From a bacterium (lineage in GTDB: Bacteria; Patescibacteriota; Minisyncoccia; Phycocordibacterales; UBA6899), in NCBI GenBank assembly GCA_043743715.1, contig JAYTWK010000013.1, positions 5,268-69,267 of the forward strand: a stretch of 64,000 nt of DNA, in the 5' to 3' direction. Under the pieces are notes generated by a model that saw only the letters and a program-made list of their open reading frames with translations, was not told the origin of the DNA and made no database searches. This document shows, one piece after another, positions 27,697 to 37,850 of the stretch; position 1 is the stretch's first letter; each line of letters starts with the position of its first letter. A program made the position numbers and the translations under genes.

Positions 27697-28685
27697 AGAC
27701 TTGCTCCCGAATAAGAAAAATGAGATAATTGATGAATGAACATCAGCAAACTTGCCAACGACCCACGTGCAATTAAGGCCTTAACCGGGCTCAGTTACCA
27801 AGAATTTACTGATCTGCTTCCTGCATTTGAACGATCTCTTCGAAAAGTTCAAATGAAGAAACCAAATCGGAAAAGAAACCCTGGCGGAGGGCAAAAAGGG
27901 CATCTCCCCACGGTCGAAGCCAAGCTTTTCTTCATCCTCTTCTATTTCAAAACATACCCTACGTTTGATGTGCTTGGTTTTTTGTCAGGAAAAAGTCGAG
28001 GGCGCACATGCGAAGCGGTACACTTTTATGCGCAAGTACTCAACCGCAGTATGGAGCAAAAGCACACGCTCCCGAAGCGCAGAATCGGTGATATCGATGA
28101 GTTTATGCGCTTGTTTCCAGAGGTCAAGGATGTGTTTCTTGATGGGACTGAGCGACGGATACAGCGTCCCAAGAAACCCAAAAACCAACGTAAGCAATAC
28201 TCGGGAAAAAAGAAGACCACCACACGAAAGAATATCGTGATGACGGATGACAAGAAACGTATTCTGTATCTGTCTCCCACCAAAGCGGGAAGGCGACACG
28301 ATAAACGATTGGCAGACAAAGTATCGCTCCTCACGCACATCCCCCCATCGGTCTGCGTGTGGGTGGATACTGGATTTCAGGGTATACAAAAACAACACCG
28401 GAATGTGTGTATGCCGACAAAGGGAACGAAGAAGCAACCACTCACCGTGGCACAGAAAGAAGAAAACAGACTCATCTCAAGTATTCGTGTTTGCGTGGAA
28501 CATGCCATCGGCGGGATGAAACGGTTTCGTGCCGTCTCTGACACCTTTCGCAATAGATTAGGCAAGCTCGATGACCTCTTTATGCAGTTGGCAGCGGGAT
28601 TGTGGAACTATCACTTGAGTTACCAGAGTTAAAAGCACACCTGTGTGTGTTTTTTGACGGGTGGGTCTTATTGGGGAGCGAGTCT
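27697..28685 (+). mobile_element. IS5-family (ISL2-like) insertion sequence
   Basis: TIRs AGACTTGCTCCCGAATAAGA (27697-27716) and TCTTATTGGGGAGCGAGTCT (28666-28685), 18/20 match; no target duplication seen. Confidence 0.88.
27736..28632 (+). CDS. DDE transposase (HTH_Tnp_4 + DDE_Tnp_4)
   Basis: LTGL...F, LDGTERRIQRP, YSGKKK, HD, DTGFQG, RVCVEHAIGGMKRF. Confidence 0.92.
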   Translation: MNISKLANDPRAIKALTGLSYQEFTDLLPAFERSLRKVQMKKPNRKRNPGGGQKGHLPTVEAKLFFILFYFKTYPTFDVLGFLSGKSRGRTCEAVHFYAQVLNRSMEQKHTLPKRRIGDIDEFMRLFPEVKDVFLDGTERRIQRPKKPKNQRKQYSGKKKTTTRKNIVMTDDKKRILYLSPTKAGRRHDKRLADKVSLLTHIPPSVCVWVDTGFQGIQKQHRNVCMPTKGTKKQPLTVAQKEENRLISSIRVCVEHAIGGMKRFRAVSDTFRNRLGKLDDLFMQLAAGLWNYHLSYQS

Positions 28686-29237
28686 GATATATCGTACAAT
28701 TGTCCTGGCGCTCCTCAGTACGCAAGCACATTACAAGCGCTCGTAGAAGGAGAGACGGTCCAGAGCGATGTCTCATGGGGACTCGATCACGGCGCTTGGA
28801 TTGTGCTCATGCGTATGTACCCTGCAGCAGACATTCCGGTTTATCAGCTCAGTCTCGATGTCACCAAGTCGGGAGCAGAACACTATGCACTCGCAAAACA
28901 GCTCGCGCTACTACGCAAGCGCGGTATGCTTATCATCGGAAGCGGCAACCTCGTACACAATCTGCGCATGATAGATTTTGATCCGAATGCGAAAACGTTT
29001 GATTGGGCGGTGGGATTCGACGGGCATGCAAAACTACTGATAGAAAACCACCAGCACGACAAACTCATCGCATATGAAAAATTAGGCGGTGCTGCGCAGC
29101 TCGCTATCCCTACCCCAGACCATTACTGGCCGCTGCTTTATACACTCGCACAACAAACCGACAATGAAAGCGTGTCGTTTCCAATTGAAGGCATCACACA
29201 TGGGAGTATCTCCATGCGCTCATTACTGATTAAGTAA
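28686..29237 (+). pseudogene. 5'-truncated DODA-type extradiol dioxygenase (YgiD-like)
   Basis: WGLDHGAW, YPAADIPVYQLSLD, GSGNLVHNL, PTPDHYWPL; N-terminal part replaced by the IS end. Confidence 0.85.
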
Positions 29238-29366
29238 TGCAGATTGAGCCGCCCCCGAATCCTCCTCCGGAGAATCCTGGCAACTATTTCGTCTGCCCTG
29301 TGCGCGAATATCTTCTCGCATGACAGCTCTCGATATACAGCCAAGGCAAGTATCCAGAGTTCCTTA

Positions 29367-30077
29367 TTAACGGATGCCCGAATCGAGAGTAAGTGCTACT
29401 GTTGTTGATTTACCCTTCTCGACGATAACCGTTGTCGGCGAAAGTCTCGGCATGACTGATGTTGAAGCGAGCGTGATGATATAGGTACCCGGATCAAGAT
29501 TCAACTTGAAACTGCCGTCGCTTCTTGTGCTCAGTGTCGCGACGAGTTTGCCGCTCTCGGTACGCACATAAAAACTTCCTTGGTAAGGCTTATAAGCACA
29601 TGCTGGATCAGGAGGCATACGCTCTACAGGACAGGTCGGACCGAGCGATGCGGTACCGCTGATGCCCGATGAGCCGGATGTACCGGAGGCCGCAGGAAGA
29701 GGACAAGCGGAGAATTCACACTTCGGTCCCGTGCGCCCGACGTATGATCCGTCAGGACACATTTTTGCTTCCATCGCACACACGACACCACCGTCAGATG
29801 CGGGTGGTGGAGAAGGCACAGTGACATCTTCCGGTGGCTGTGTACTACCGTCCTTCACACCATCTTTCACGCAACTCCCTCCGCGGTCGGCGATTTGCTT
29901 CAGCTCACAATGATAGCCCGACGGACATACCGGTGCATCTTTAATAAAACCACCGCAGTGCATTCCAGTCGCATCAACTCCTGAGGGAGATTGTTCGTAA
30001 GCGGCGCGCACCCCGACGACCAAGATGACTACCGCGCATAGGGATGCAACAATAGCGATGAGAAAATATTTTTTCAT
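29367..30077 (-). CDS. Cys-rich secreted protein
   Basis: TM, CAMEAKMCPDGSYVGRTGPKCEFSACP motif, GPTCPVE + carboxypeptidase-regulatory-like beta domain. Confidence 0.85.
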   Translation of the reverse strand: MKKYFLIAIVASLCAVVILVVGVRAAYEQSPSGVDATGMHCGGFIKDAPVCPSGYHCELKQIADRGGSCVKDGVKDGSTQPPEDVTVPSPPPASDGGVVCAMEAKMCPDGSYVGRTGPKCEFSACPLPAASGTSGSSGISGTASLGPTCPVERMPPDPACAYKPYQGSFYVRTESGKLVATLSTRSDGSFKLNLDPGTYIITLASTSVMPRLSPTTVIVEKGKSTTVALTLDSGIR

Positions 30078-30129
30078 ATATATCATTCTAACACCTAATA
30101 ATGAGCACTGTGACAGTACCTGGGGGGAG

Positions 30130-30433
30130 AAAAAGCCCTGCACTGCACGACCACCTCAATTTCTCCATCTGCGAAGCGCATGACCGATACTTTCGGTGAT
30201 TGGTCCCGTCGACGGACGGTGACATCCAAGGAGTCAGTAGCGCAGATGTGCGTCGCGCTCCACCCGCTTGCCACTTGCCCAGCGATCGGTAATGATGACA
30301 TGCACACCGCCTGGCCCACACACGCCTATATGAGCGCAGCGTGCGATGCTGCGAGAAGCAAAAGGGGTGTTCCATAATTAAACACCCACACTTCAGGCAA
30401 ACAGAACCGACCCGACGCAATGCACGCCGGGCC
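30130..30433 (-). ncRNA. Unassigned ~300-nt structured ncRNA candidate
   Basis: 5' GCCC...UGCAUUGCG pairs with 3' UGCAGUGCA-GGGC followed by U5; several internal stems; G-U pairs favour the minus strand. Confidence 0.45.
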
Positions 30434-30444
30434 GCATTTTGTAT

Positions 30445-30477
30445 AAAAAAAACGCGCGCACAATCATTCGTGCGCGC
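30445..30477 (-). terminator. Intrinsic terminator after response regulator
   Basis: GCGCGCACGA-ATGA-TTGTGCGCGC then G and T8. Confidence 0.75.
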
Positions 30478-30493
30478 CCCCTCTTCTGTGGGA

Positions 30494-30871
30494 TCAAGGA
30501 TAGTACGTGTCAATGAGCTCAAATAGTCTTTCTGGCATCGCCGGCTTGCGGAGATATGCGTCGACACCCGCAGCAATTGGCACCCTCGAGTCGGTCTCTC
30601 CGCTTGTCATGATTACCTTGAGACGTGCAAACTCCGGTGTTTTACGGATCCACCGAGTGAGCTCCACGCCGTCAACTCGTGGCATGTTCCAATCGGTGAG
30701 CACGAGATCGATGTCTTCTTCGTTACGCAGGCGCGCGAGTGCGCCCTCTCCATCTTTCTCAACGTAGACGGTGTTGAAGCCGTATGCTTGAAGCAAGATC
30801 TGTAAAACTTCGCGAAGATCCTGGTCATCGTCGACGACCAGGATCTTGATGCTGGTATCCATAATGAGCAC
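30494..30871 (-). CDS. Single-domain response regulator (CheY-like)
   Basis: KILVVDDD, DLVLTDWNMP..DG, AGVDAYLRKP; true start may be 30862. Confidence 0.9.
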   Translation of the reverse strand: MLIMDTSIKILVVDDDQDLREVLQILLQAYGFNTVYVEKDGEGALARLRNEEDIDLVLTDWNMPRVDGVELTRWIRKTPEFARLKVIMTSGETDSRVPIAAGVDAYLRKPAMPERLFELIDTYYP

Positions 30872-30938
30872 TCCATCTTGTTTATCAGACCATACTCTAC
30901 AAAATATCTTAAAAATGTCAAATCACACGTAGATCTCA

Positions 30939-31706
30939 TTATTCACAATCGAGGAAAAGCGCTGCATGGTCAGATACTTCGTCAGGAAGTACACGAAAAT
31001 CATTTACCGAAAGACCATCAGAGACAAGCGCGTAATCTGCGAACTTCTCTGGCTTCGTATAGTGCGAAGTACGGGTAGAGGTAACTCCATATTCTTTGAT
31101 GAGATTGCGGAGTCCAAACGTCTCGAATAGCTTCATGCTCTCAGTGTCGGGAAGCAGATTGAAATCTCCAAGCATCGCATACGGCATCTCGAGTCCTTTC
31201 ATGAACGCGATGATCTTGCCCGATTGGAGCAGCCTGTCGTCGCTGTCGCCCTTCCCCTTGCCGTTCCATAGACCATGGAAATTGATCACAGTGCGCGGTC
31301 CCTTCGGCGTCTCTACGATGACGAATTGTATGTTGCGCGCATGATTGCCGACATCTCCTTCGGGGATGTGCCCCTTCTCGCGATAGACGAAGAGTTCACC
31401 ATCTTCTATGACCGTAAGTCGTTTGTGTACGAACATAAGCAGTCCATAATTTTCAAGATGATGCGGACGAAAGAATGCTACATGCTCAGGAAGCGCCTCT
31501 CCAATCTCTTGGAGGCCGTAGACCATGATGCCCGAGTGATCGATGGCGAGCCCTCCTGCATTTAATCCTTCAAGGTGTTCATACGGTGCCGACCATATCT
31601 CCTGGAGACAGAAGATATCGGTGTCTTTACTATGTGCCCGAAAGAAGCTGAGCAGCCCCTCTCTCCCCGCACGACCGCCCCAGGTATTAAGTGAGATGAT
31701 ATTCAC
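30939..31706 (-). CDS. Endonuclease/exonuclease/phosphatase family protein
   Basis: SLNTWGG, DIFCLQE, GDFN, SDH; GTG start 6 nt after TATCAT. Confidence 0.9.
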   Translation of the reverse strand: MNIISLNTWGGRAGREGLLSFFRAHSKDTDIFCLQEIWSAPYEHLEGLNAGGLAIDHSGIMVYGLQEIGEALPEHVAFFRPHHLENYGLLMFVHKRLTVIEDGELFVYREKGHIPEGDVGNHARNIQFVIVETPKGPRTVINFHGLWNGKGKGDSDDRLLQSGKIIAFMKGLEMPYAMLGDFNLLPDTESMKLFETFGLRNLIKEYGVTSTRTSHYTKPEKFADYALVSDGLSVNDFRVLPDEVSDHAALFLDCE

Positions 31707-31861
31707 ATTCACATGATATGGGTAATTCACTCTCCTCGCAAATGCTTTCGAGTTCAATCCTCTCGATTGTGAGTATCCTCATCCACCACGACGGACTCGT
31801 AACTCTCATTCAGTGGGTGTGCTGATATTCATGCTTGGTCTCGTTTTGATATACTAAGTTT

Positions 31862-32365
31862 ATGAGAATAATAGTTCTACTAGTATTTGTATTTATTATT
31901 TTAGGAATAGTTGTCTTTATAATATCATCTTCCGCTGACAAAGCAGATCGACCAGGAAAAAAGGGAAGCAGATATTTATACCAGCGCAAACAATGGTTTA
32001 TGTCGAAGAACGAACATGATGTGTTTGATGCAATAGTCATTGCTGTTGGGGATAAATATCATGTATTTCCCCAAGTAAAGTTTGACAAGATACTTGATTG
32101 GAAAGGAAACGGAAAAAATTCAATATATGCGATGCGTCATATCAACCAGAAATCTGTAGATTTTCTTTTGTGCGACAAAACATACATAAATCCCAGACTT
32201 GCAATCGAGCTGGATGACACAACCCATGAGCGAGAAGATCGCAAAGAACGAGACGAGATTGTGGAAGGAATTTTAAGCGCTGCAAATTTTCCTCTTTTGC
32301 GCATTCATTATTCTGATACCACAAACTCCTCGACGCTAAAAGAAAAAATTATTGCATCGATATAA
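31862..32365 (+). CDS. DUF2726 domain protein
   Basis: TM, VFPQV, SVDFLLCD, AIELDD.TH, RD..VE.IL..A.FPLLRI. Confidence 0.88.
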   Translation: MRIIVLLVFVFIILGIVVFIISSSADKADRPGKKGSRYLYQRKQWFMSKNEHDVFDAIVIAVGDKYHVFPQVKFDKILDWKGNGKNSIYAMRHINQKSVDFLLCDKTYINPRLAIELDDTTHEREDRKERDEIVEGILSAANFPLLRIHYSDTTNSSTLKEKIIASI

Positions 32366-32392
32366 CAAAAACCACCTCTTCGGGTGGTTTTT
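32366..32392. terminator. Bidirectional terminator
   Basis: CAAAAACCACC-TCTTCG-GGTGGTTTTTG between convergent genes. Confidence 0.75.
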
Positions 32393-32596
32393 GAAACTTC
32401 ATAATAAAGTTTGGAGTGAAATCTGAAGGAATAAGAACTTTGGATGCAATCCGACGTACTTTTTGCGCAGTGTCGCCAAGCTGTATGAGCGACCTAAATT
32501 TCACGACCGTAGGGAGATGAAATTGGAAGTACTCATTGTGGTGTGATACTGCTTGGCGTACCGAGCACAAAAAGGACTAGGAGTGCGCCAAAATTG

Positions 32597-33442
32597 TTAT
32601 TTCTTACCGACTTTGCGACGGCTGACGATAAAGACGTTCGAGTACTTCTTCGGTGCTCTAGTCTTCTGACCCTTACCTGAAGGTTTACCCCACTTGGTCT
32701 TGGCGCGACGAAGCCCGCGTCCCATGCGGCCTTCACCACCTCCGTGCGGATGGTCGACGGCGTTCATGGCACTACCACGAACAGTCGGACGAATGCCCTT
32801 CCAGCGGTTGCGTCCAGCCTTACCCTCCTTGCGGAGCTTGTGCTGATCGTTTGAGACTTCGCCTATCGTTGCCCAGCAGTTCTCAGAGACCTTGCGAACT
32901 TCCGATGACGGCATCTTGAGGAATGATTGTCCAAGGTCGTTGGCGATTACTTCGATGAAGTTGCCGGCTGCACGAGCGAGCTTTGCACCTCCCTCGGGCT
33001 GCACCTCGACGTTCGAGACGAAAGTACCGACGGGAATCTTCGCAAGCGGTAAACGGTTAAACTTGGTGAGCGGAGCTGCAGCGCTGACGATAAATGTATC
33101 GCCTGCTTTCATGCCCTTCTGTGCGATCATATAGCGGCGCTCTCCGTCTTTGTAGATGACGAGTGCAACAAATGCGGTGCGTAGCGGGTCGTACTGAACC
33201 GCCTCAACCTTGCCGGGAACATCGCGCTTGTCGAACTTGAAGTCGACCATGCGGAGGGAATTCTTGTTGCCGCCTCCGATGTGACGCATGGTGATGCGTC
33301 CGCGGTTGTTGCGCCCACCGGACTTCGCATGACCCTTGATGAGTCCCTTGATCTTCTTCTTTGCATCACCGGAAAGGAGTTCCTTGTACGGAGTAAGGAC
33401 GGTATTTCTGGTTGATGGAGTGTATGGTTTGAATGTTTTCAT
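32597..33442 (-). CDS. rplB: 50S ribosomal protein uL2
   Basis: GGRNNRGRIT, YDPLRTA, RPTVRGSAMNAVDHPHGGGEG. Confidence 0.99.
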   Translation of the reverse strand: MKTFKPYTPSTRNTVLTPYKELLSGDAKKKIKGLIKGHAKSGGRNNRGRITMRHIGGGNKNSLRMVDFKFDKRDVPGKVEAVQYDPLRTAFVALVIYKDGERRYMIAQKGMKAGDTFIVSAAAPLTKFNRLPLAKIPVGTFVSNVEVQPEGGAKLARAAGNFIEVIANDLGQSFLKMPSSEVRKVSENCWATIGEVSNDQHKLRKEGKAGRNRWKGIRPTVRGSAMNAVDHPHGGGEGRMGRGLRRAKTKWGKPSGKGQKTRAPKKYSNVFIVSRRKVGKK

Positions 33443-33451
33443 GATAGTTGC

Positions 33452-33531
33452 AGTAGGTAGTCTGTAGTTCGTAGTTCGTAGTTACTGCTTTCGCATTTAC
33501 TACGTACTACCATCTACGTACTACGAACTAG
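33452..33531. repeat. Heptamer tandem repeats arranged as an imperfect hairpin
   Basis: GTAGTTC-type units (GTAGTCT GTAGTTC GTAGTTC GTAGTTA) opposed to TACTACG/AACTA-type units. Confidence 0.75.
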
Positions 33532-33533
33532 TT

Positions 33534-33998
33534 TTAGACGAATTCTATTTTATCGCCTTTCTTGAGATATACCATCGCCTTCTTTCCGCCTGCCTTCTTC
33601 ACGACGACGCGATTGGTCTTCGGGCTCTTCGAGTATTTGGTCGGCTCGTTGATGACGGCGACCTTTATCGGGCGAACCTTGAAAAGTTTCTCGACAGCCA
33701 TCATGACGTGCATCTTGTTTGCGCGCTTGTTGATTTCGAACGCATAGACTCCCTTTTCGGAAAGATCACTTGCTTTCTCGGTCACGTGCGGGCGAAGCAG
33801 TATGTATGCGAGGTCGAGTCCCTTGCCTGATTTCTGCCCTGATGCAGTTGATGCAACAGTTGCGACATCGGCACTAGAGTTCTTCTCTGTTTTCTCTGGC
33901 TTTTCTGCCTTCTCTACTTTCTCCGGATTCTTCTCGAGCGTTACGACGGCATCCTTCTTTGCTACTTTCTCTTCGTTCTTTTTCTTGAATATTGCCAT
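33534..33998 (-). CDS. rplW: 50S ribosomal protein uL23 with N-terminal extension
   Basis: RPHVTEKA, YAFEI, ANK, KKAMVYLKKG; about 60-aa Lys/Glu-rich extension. Confidence 0.95.
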   Translation of the reverse strand: MAIFKKKNEEKVAKKDAVVTLEKNPEKVEKAEKPEKTEKNSSADVATVASTASGQKSGKGLDLAYILLRPHVTEKASDLSEKGVYAFEINKRANKMHVMMAVEKLFKVRPIKVAVINEPTKYSKSPKTNRVVVKKAGGKKAMVYLKKGDKIEFV

Positions 33999-34003
33999 AT
34001 CGA

Positions 34004-34738
34004 TTACGCTTTTGCAGCGCTCTTAGCCTCGAGGGTCTTGACCATCTCTTCTGGTGAGGAGAGCACGAGGTACTTGTAAGAGAGCACATCGACCGGATTG
34101 AGTGACGATACTGTTCCGACGAGTACATTGCCCATGTTCTGAAATGATTTCTTCACATTCGTGTCTGCGGTAGGAAGGATCATGTACATTGCATTGTTCC
34201 TGCGGTTGCCGAGTTTTTCGTATCCACCGATGGTACCGAGTTGCGTGAGCATGCTGCGGGCATCCTTGGTCTTCGGCTCTTTCATCGAAACCCCTGAGAG
34301 GAAAAGAATTTCTCCATCTTTAAATTTCTTTGAGAGCACCGCGTAGAGTGCCTTCACCTTCATCTTGCGATTGATTTTCTGTGAGAAATCACGATCATTG
34401 CGAGGTCCGTGCGTAACACCACCGTGACGCCAAATAGGCGAGCGCGATGATCCGTGACGAGCGCGGCCTGTACCCTTCTGGGCCCATGGCTTGCGTCCTC
34501 CTCCGCGAACTTCTGATCTATCCTTGGTATGCGCGATAGGCTGACGAGCATTCGCCTGCATTGCGACCACGACCTGATGGACAAGGTCTGCGTTCCACAA
34601 CTGTCCGAATACTACTTCGGGAAGTGTAACGCTACCTGACTTCTTGCCTTCTTGTGAATAGACTGTCGCTTCGAGATCGATAGGCTTTCTCTCCTTCACT
34701 GCTTTCACTGTATTGGTCTTCTTCGTTGCTGTAGCCAT
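34004..34738 (-). CDS. rplD: 50S ribosomal protein uL4
   Basis: TKDRSEVRGGGRKPWAQKGTGRARHGS. Confidence 0.99.
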   Translation of the reverse strand: MATATKKTNTVKAVKERKPIDLEATVYSQEGKKSGSVTLPEVVFGQLWNADLVHQVVVAMQANARQPIAHTKDRSEVRGGGRKPWAQKGTGRARHGSSRSPIWRHGGVTHGPRNDRDFSQKINRKMKVKALYAVLSKKFKDGEILFLSGVSMKEPKTKDARSMLTQLGTIGGYEKLGNRRNNAMYMILPTADTNVKKSFQNMGNVLVGTVSSLNPVDVLSYKYLVLSSPEEMVKTLEAKSAAKA

Positions 34739-34742
34739 AAGC

Positions 34743-35369
34743 CTATGAATTAGTTGCCTTGATCTCTATTAATGTCCCGCGGCGACCCGGGATAGCTCCC
34801 GACACGAGAAGTAAGTTGTTGGTCACATCGACTGCGAGCACTTTGAGACCCTTGATAGTCACGGTGTCCGAGCCCATACGTCCGGCCATGCGGGTACCCG
34901 GGATCACGCGCTGTGGTCCTGTGGCTCCGATGGATCCTGCTTCGCGCTCTGAGTGCTTCTGTCCGTGCGTACGATCACCGCCGTGGAAACCATGGCGCTT
35001 CACGACTCCCTGGAAACCTTTACCTTTTGAAGTACCTGTCACTGTAATTTCTTCGCCTGCTGCGAATGTCTCGACTGTCACCTTGTCTCCGACTTTGACA
35101 TCAGCTACGACCTTATCCGACTTAGGTCGATACTCACGCATGTAGCGGAAGACACCGAGTTCTTTGAGTGCGCCTTTCTGCGCCTTGTTCACGCGCTTCG
35201 GAAGCTGAGTTCCGAAACCGACCTGAACAGCCTCATAACCATCGCGCTCCATTGTGCGGAGAGCAGTGACGGTGATAGGACCGGCAGAGAGAAGGGTTGC
35301 CGCGGTGCACTTCCCATCGGATGAGAAGTACTGCGTCATTTCCTGCTTTGTTGCTAATAGGAATTTCAT
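34743..35369 (-). CDS. rplC: 50S ribosomal protein uL3
   Basis: DGYEAVQVG, SKGKGFQGVVKRH, MAGRMG. Confidence 0.99.
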   Translation of the reverse strand: MKFLLATKQEMTQYFSSDGKCTAATLLSAGPITVTALRTMERDGYEAVQVGFGTQLPKRVNKAQKGALKELGVFRYMREYRPKSDKVVADVKVGDKVTVETFAAGEEITVTGTSKGKGFQGVVKRHGFHGGDRTHGQKHSEREAGSIGATGPQRVIPGTRMAGRMGSDTVTIKGLKVLAVDVTNNLLLVSGAIPGRRGTLIEIKATNS

Positions 35370-35786
35370 ATTTGGTAACTTTCACCGCTGCATAAGGCGC
35401 AATTTTGACGCATTGTATTTCTGTTTTCCTGCGAGGTCGCGGGACAGTAGATGACTACAGCCCCTGCGACACTTCTCGAAAAACAGAAACACACTGCATT
35501 CAAAATTTCATCCTTACGCGAGTGACTTTGATAGCGATTAGGAGTTAACTCTAGGTTCTGAATGAGAGCAATGACGATACTCATGCAGTTAAGCCACTCT
35601 CGATGTTTCGAGAGTGGTCTTTCTGCATTTGGAGTAGAACGAGGAAAAAGTGGATTGAGCACGAACGAAGATGCTGTTATTTTGGATGCAATTCGGGATG
35701 CGACATCCGACTTGGTGTTCGAGAAGACTTACTTTGAGTAAGACTTCCGAACCCAAGCTCGGGGTCGCGCCCGTAGTGCGCCAAAA

Positions 35787-36149
35787 TTACATCATCTTAA
35801 CGTCGATATTGACGCCAGAGGGTAATGTCAGATTGGTCAGTGCCTCGATGATCTTGGGCGTGGGGCTCATGATATCGATAAGGCGTTTATGGATGCGCAT
35901 CTCAAACTGCTCGCGTGCATCCTTATAGATGAAGGTCGAGCGGTTCACGGTGTACTTGGTGATCTGCGTAGGCAGAGGAATGGGTCCAAGTACCTTCGCA
36001 TCGTAACGAAGTGCAGTGTCCATAATCTGGCGGACCGAAGCGTCGAGAATCTTGTATTCGTATGCGCGCACACGGATGCGGAGCTTCGAGACGGCTTCTG
36101 TCTTTGCATTACTTCTGGGCTTTTTCGTTTGTTCCGGTGTCGTTGTCAT
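35787..36149 (-). CDS. rpsJ: 30S ribosomal protein uS10
   Basis: [34 protein letters not shown]. Confidence 0.99.
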   Translation of the reverse strand: MTTTPEQTKKPRSNAKTEAVSKLRIRVRAYEYKILDASVRQIMDTALRYDAKVLGPIPLPTQITKYTVNRSTFIYKDAREQFEMRIHKRLIDIMSPTPKIIEALTNLTLPSGVNIDVKMM

Positions 36150-36188
36150 ATGCTTTCAAAGAAGAGTAACAATGGGATGGTGTCCCGA

Positions 36189-37388
36189 TTAAACGACAAC
36201 CTTGGTGACGACACCCGCGCCGACTGTTCTGCCTCCTTCACGGATAGCAAAGCGCATTTGTGCTTCGAGTGCGACTGGGGCGATGAGTTTCACCTTAAAG
36301 GTGACGGTGTCCCCTGGCATGACCATTTCGACTCCTTCTTTGAGGGTCACTTCGCCGGTCACATCCGTGGTGCGGATATAGAACTGTGGCTTGTAACCTG
36401 AGAAGAATGGAGTGTGGCGACCTCCTTCCTCCTTGGAAAGAATGTAAACCTCCGACTCGAACTCGGTGTGCGGCAACACTGAACCTGTTGCTGCGAGTAC
36501 CTGACCGCGGGTAATGTCTTCCTTCTTGGTACCGCGCAAGAGGATTCCTGCATTGTCTCCCGCCATACCCTCCTGGAGTGACTTATTGAACATTTCAATA
36601 CCGGTGATGGTGGTCTTTGCAGTCTTGGTGAAGCCGACAATCTCGACTTCCTGACCTACCTTGCAGATACCGCGCTCGATGCGGCCTGTTGCAACCGTAC
36701 CGCGTCCTTCAATTGAGAAGATATCCTCAACCGGCATAAGGAACGGCTTTTCTATATCACGAATTGGCACAGGGATGTAGGTGTCGAGTGCATCTGCGAG
36801 TGCGAGGACTCCCTTAGCATACTCGTCATCGAGGGTCGTCGATTCGAGTGCCTTGAGGCCTGAACCACGGATGACCGGGCAGTCCTTTCCGTCGAATCCC
36901 TGTTTGGTGAGGAGTTCGCGGACTTCCTCTTCGACAAGGTCAACGAGGTCCTTGTCATCAACCATGTCCACCTTATTCAAGAACACGACAATCTTGGGCA
37001 CTCCGACCTGCTTTGCCAGAAGAATGTGCTCACGGGTCTGAGGCATCACACCGTCAGTCGCAGCTACCACGATGATAGCGCCGTCCATCTGAGCGGCACC
37101 GGTAATCATGTTCTTAATATAGTCAGCGTGACCAGGCGCATCGATGTGCGCATAGTGACGATTCTTTGTCTCGTACTCGTTGTGTGAGAGAGCGATGGTG
37201 ATACCGCGCTCACGCTCCTCAGGAGCTGAGTCGATTTCATTGACTCCCTTCATCTTCACATTGTTTCCTGCCATGTGGAGGACGTGTAATATCGCAGCGG
37301 TGAGCGTGGTCTTTCCGTGGTCGACGTGACCGATGGTACCGACGTTCACATGCGGCTTCGAACGATCAAAAACTTGGGCTTCAGCCAT
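36189..37388 (-). CDS. tuf: Elongation factor Tu
   Basis: [34 protein letters not shown]. Confidence 0.99.
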   Translation of the reverse strand: MAEAQVFDRSKPHVNVGTIGHVDHGKTTLTAAILHVLHMAGNNVKMKGVNEIDSAPEERERGITIALSHNEYETKNRHYAHIDAPGHADYIKNMITGAAQMDGAIIVVAATDGVMPQTREHILLAKQVGVPKIVVFLNKVDMVDDKDLVDLVEEEVRELLTKQGFDGKDCPVIRGSGLKALESTTLDDEYAKGVLALADALDTYIPVPIRDIEKPFLMPVEDIFSIEGRGTVATGRIERGICKVGQEVEIVGFTKTAKTTITGIEMFNKSLQEGMAGDNAGILLRGTKKEDITRGQVLAATGSVLPHTEFESEVYILSKEEGGRHTPFFSGYKPQFYIRTTDVTGEVTLKEGVEMVMPGDTVTFKVKLIAPVALEAQMRFAIREGGRTVGAGVVTKVVV

Positions 37389-37551
37389 ATGTTTGTGATT
37401 ATTGATTAAAAAAACTAATAAACAAGAGGTTATATGAGAAGATCATATAACATTATTCCACGTGCTTCCCCGTTCGTTTCCTCCTGTTTGACCGACACTA
37501 TCCAAGGATAGCTAGTTCAAACAAAAAACGCACAATTGGCGACGTCGAATC

Positions 37552-37579
37552 AGGATACCAGATATGGCTTAACCGTCAA
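37552..37579 (-). promoter_or_regulatory. tuf promoter
   Basis: TTGACG-16-(TGG)TATCCT on minus strand, giving a leader of about 155 nt. Confidence 0.6.
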
Positions 37580-37850
37580 TGTTTTTGGGAGACAACCGAC
37601 CATGGTTACTCACAAGTTGTCCACAGACTTCTCCACAGCAGGTTTTTGATATACTCAGCTATTTTGATTCTTTCCAAAATATCTTGTTTTTAATTGACAG
37701 TATTGATAAATAATTGACGTATAATCCCTCTGTAGAGGGCTATTCTTACCTTTTCAGGACTCTAGCTGCATTATATAATCTTCCTCTTCTCGTCCATTGA
37801 GGCAATCATGTTGTTGGCATGACCATAACGAAATAAAAAATAGAACAAGA

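Noticed and set aside
28602-29237. Intact 211-aa ORF from the track
   Set aside because: First 28 codons are IS sequence; the rest is a truncated dioxygenase
30121-30420. RNase P RNA on plus strand (GGAGAAAAGCCC ... ACAGAACC)
   Set aside because: The two segments cannot form the P4 helix, and G-U pairing favours the minus strand
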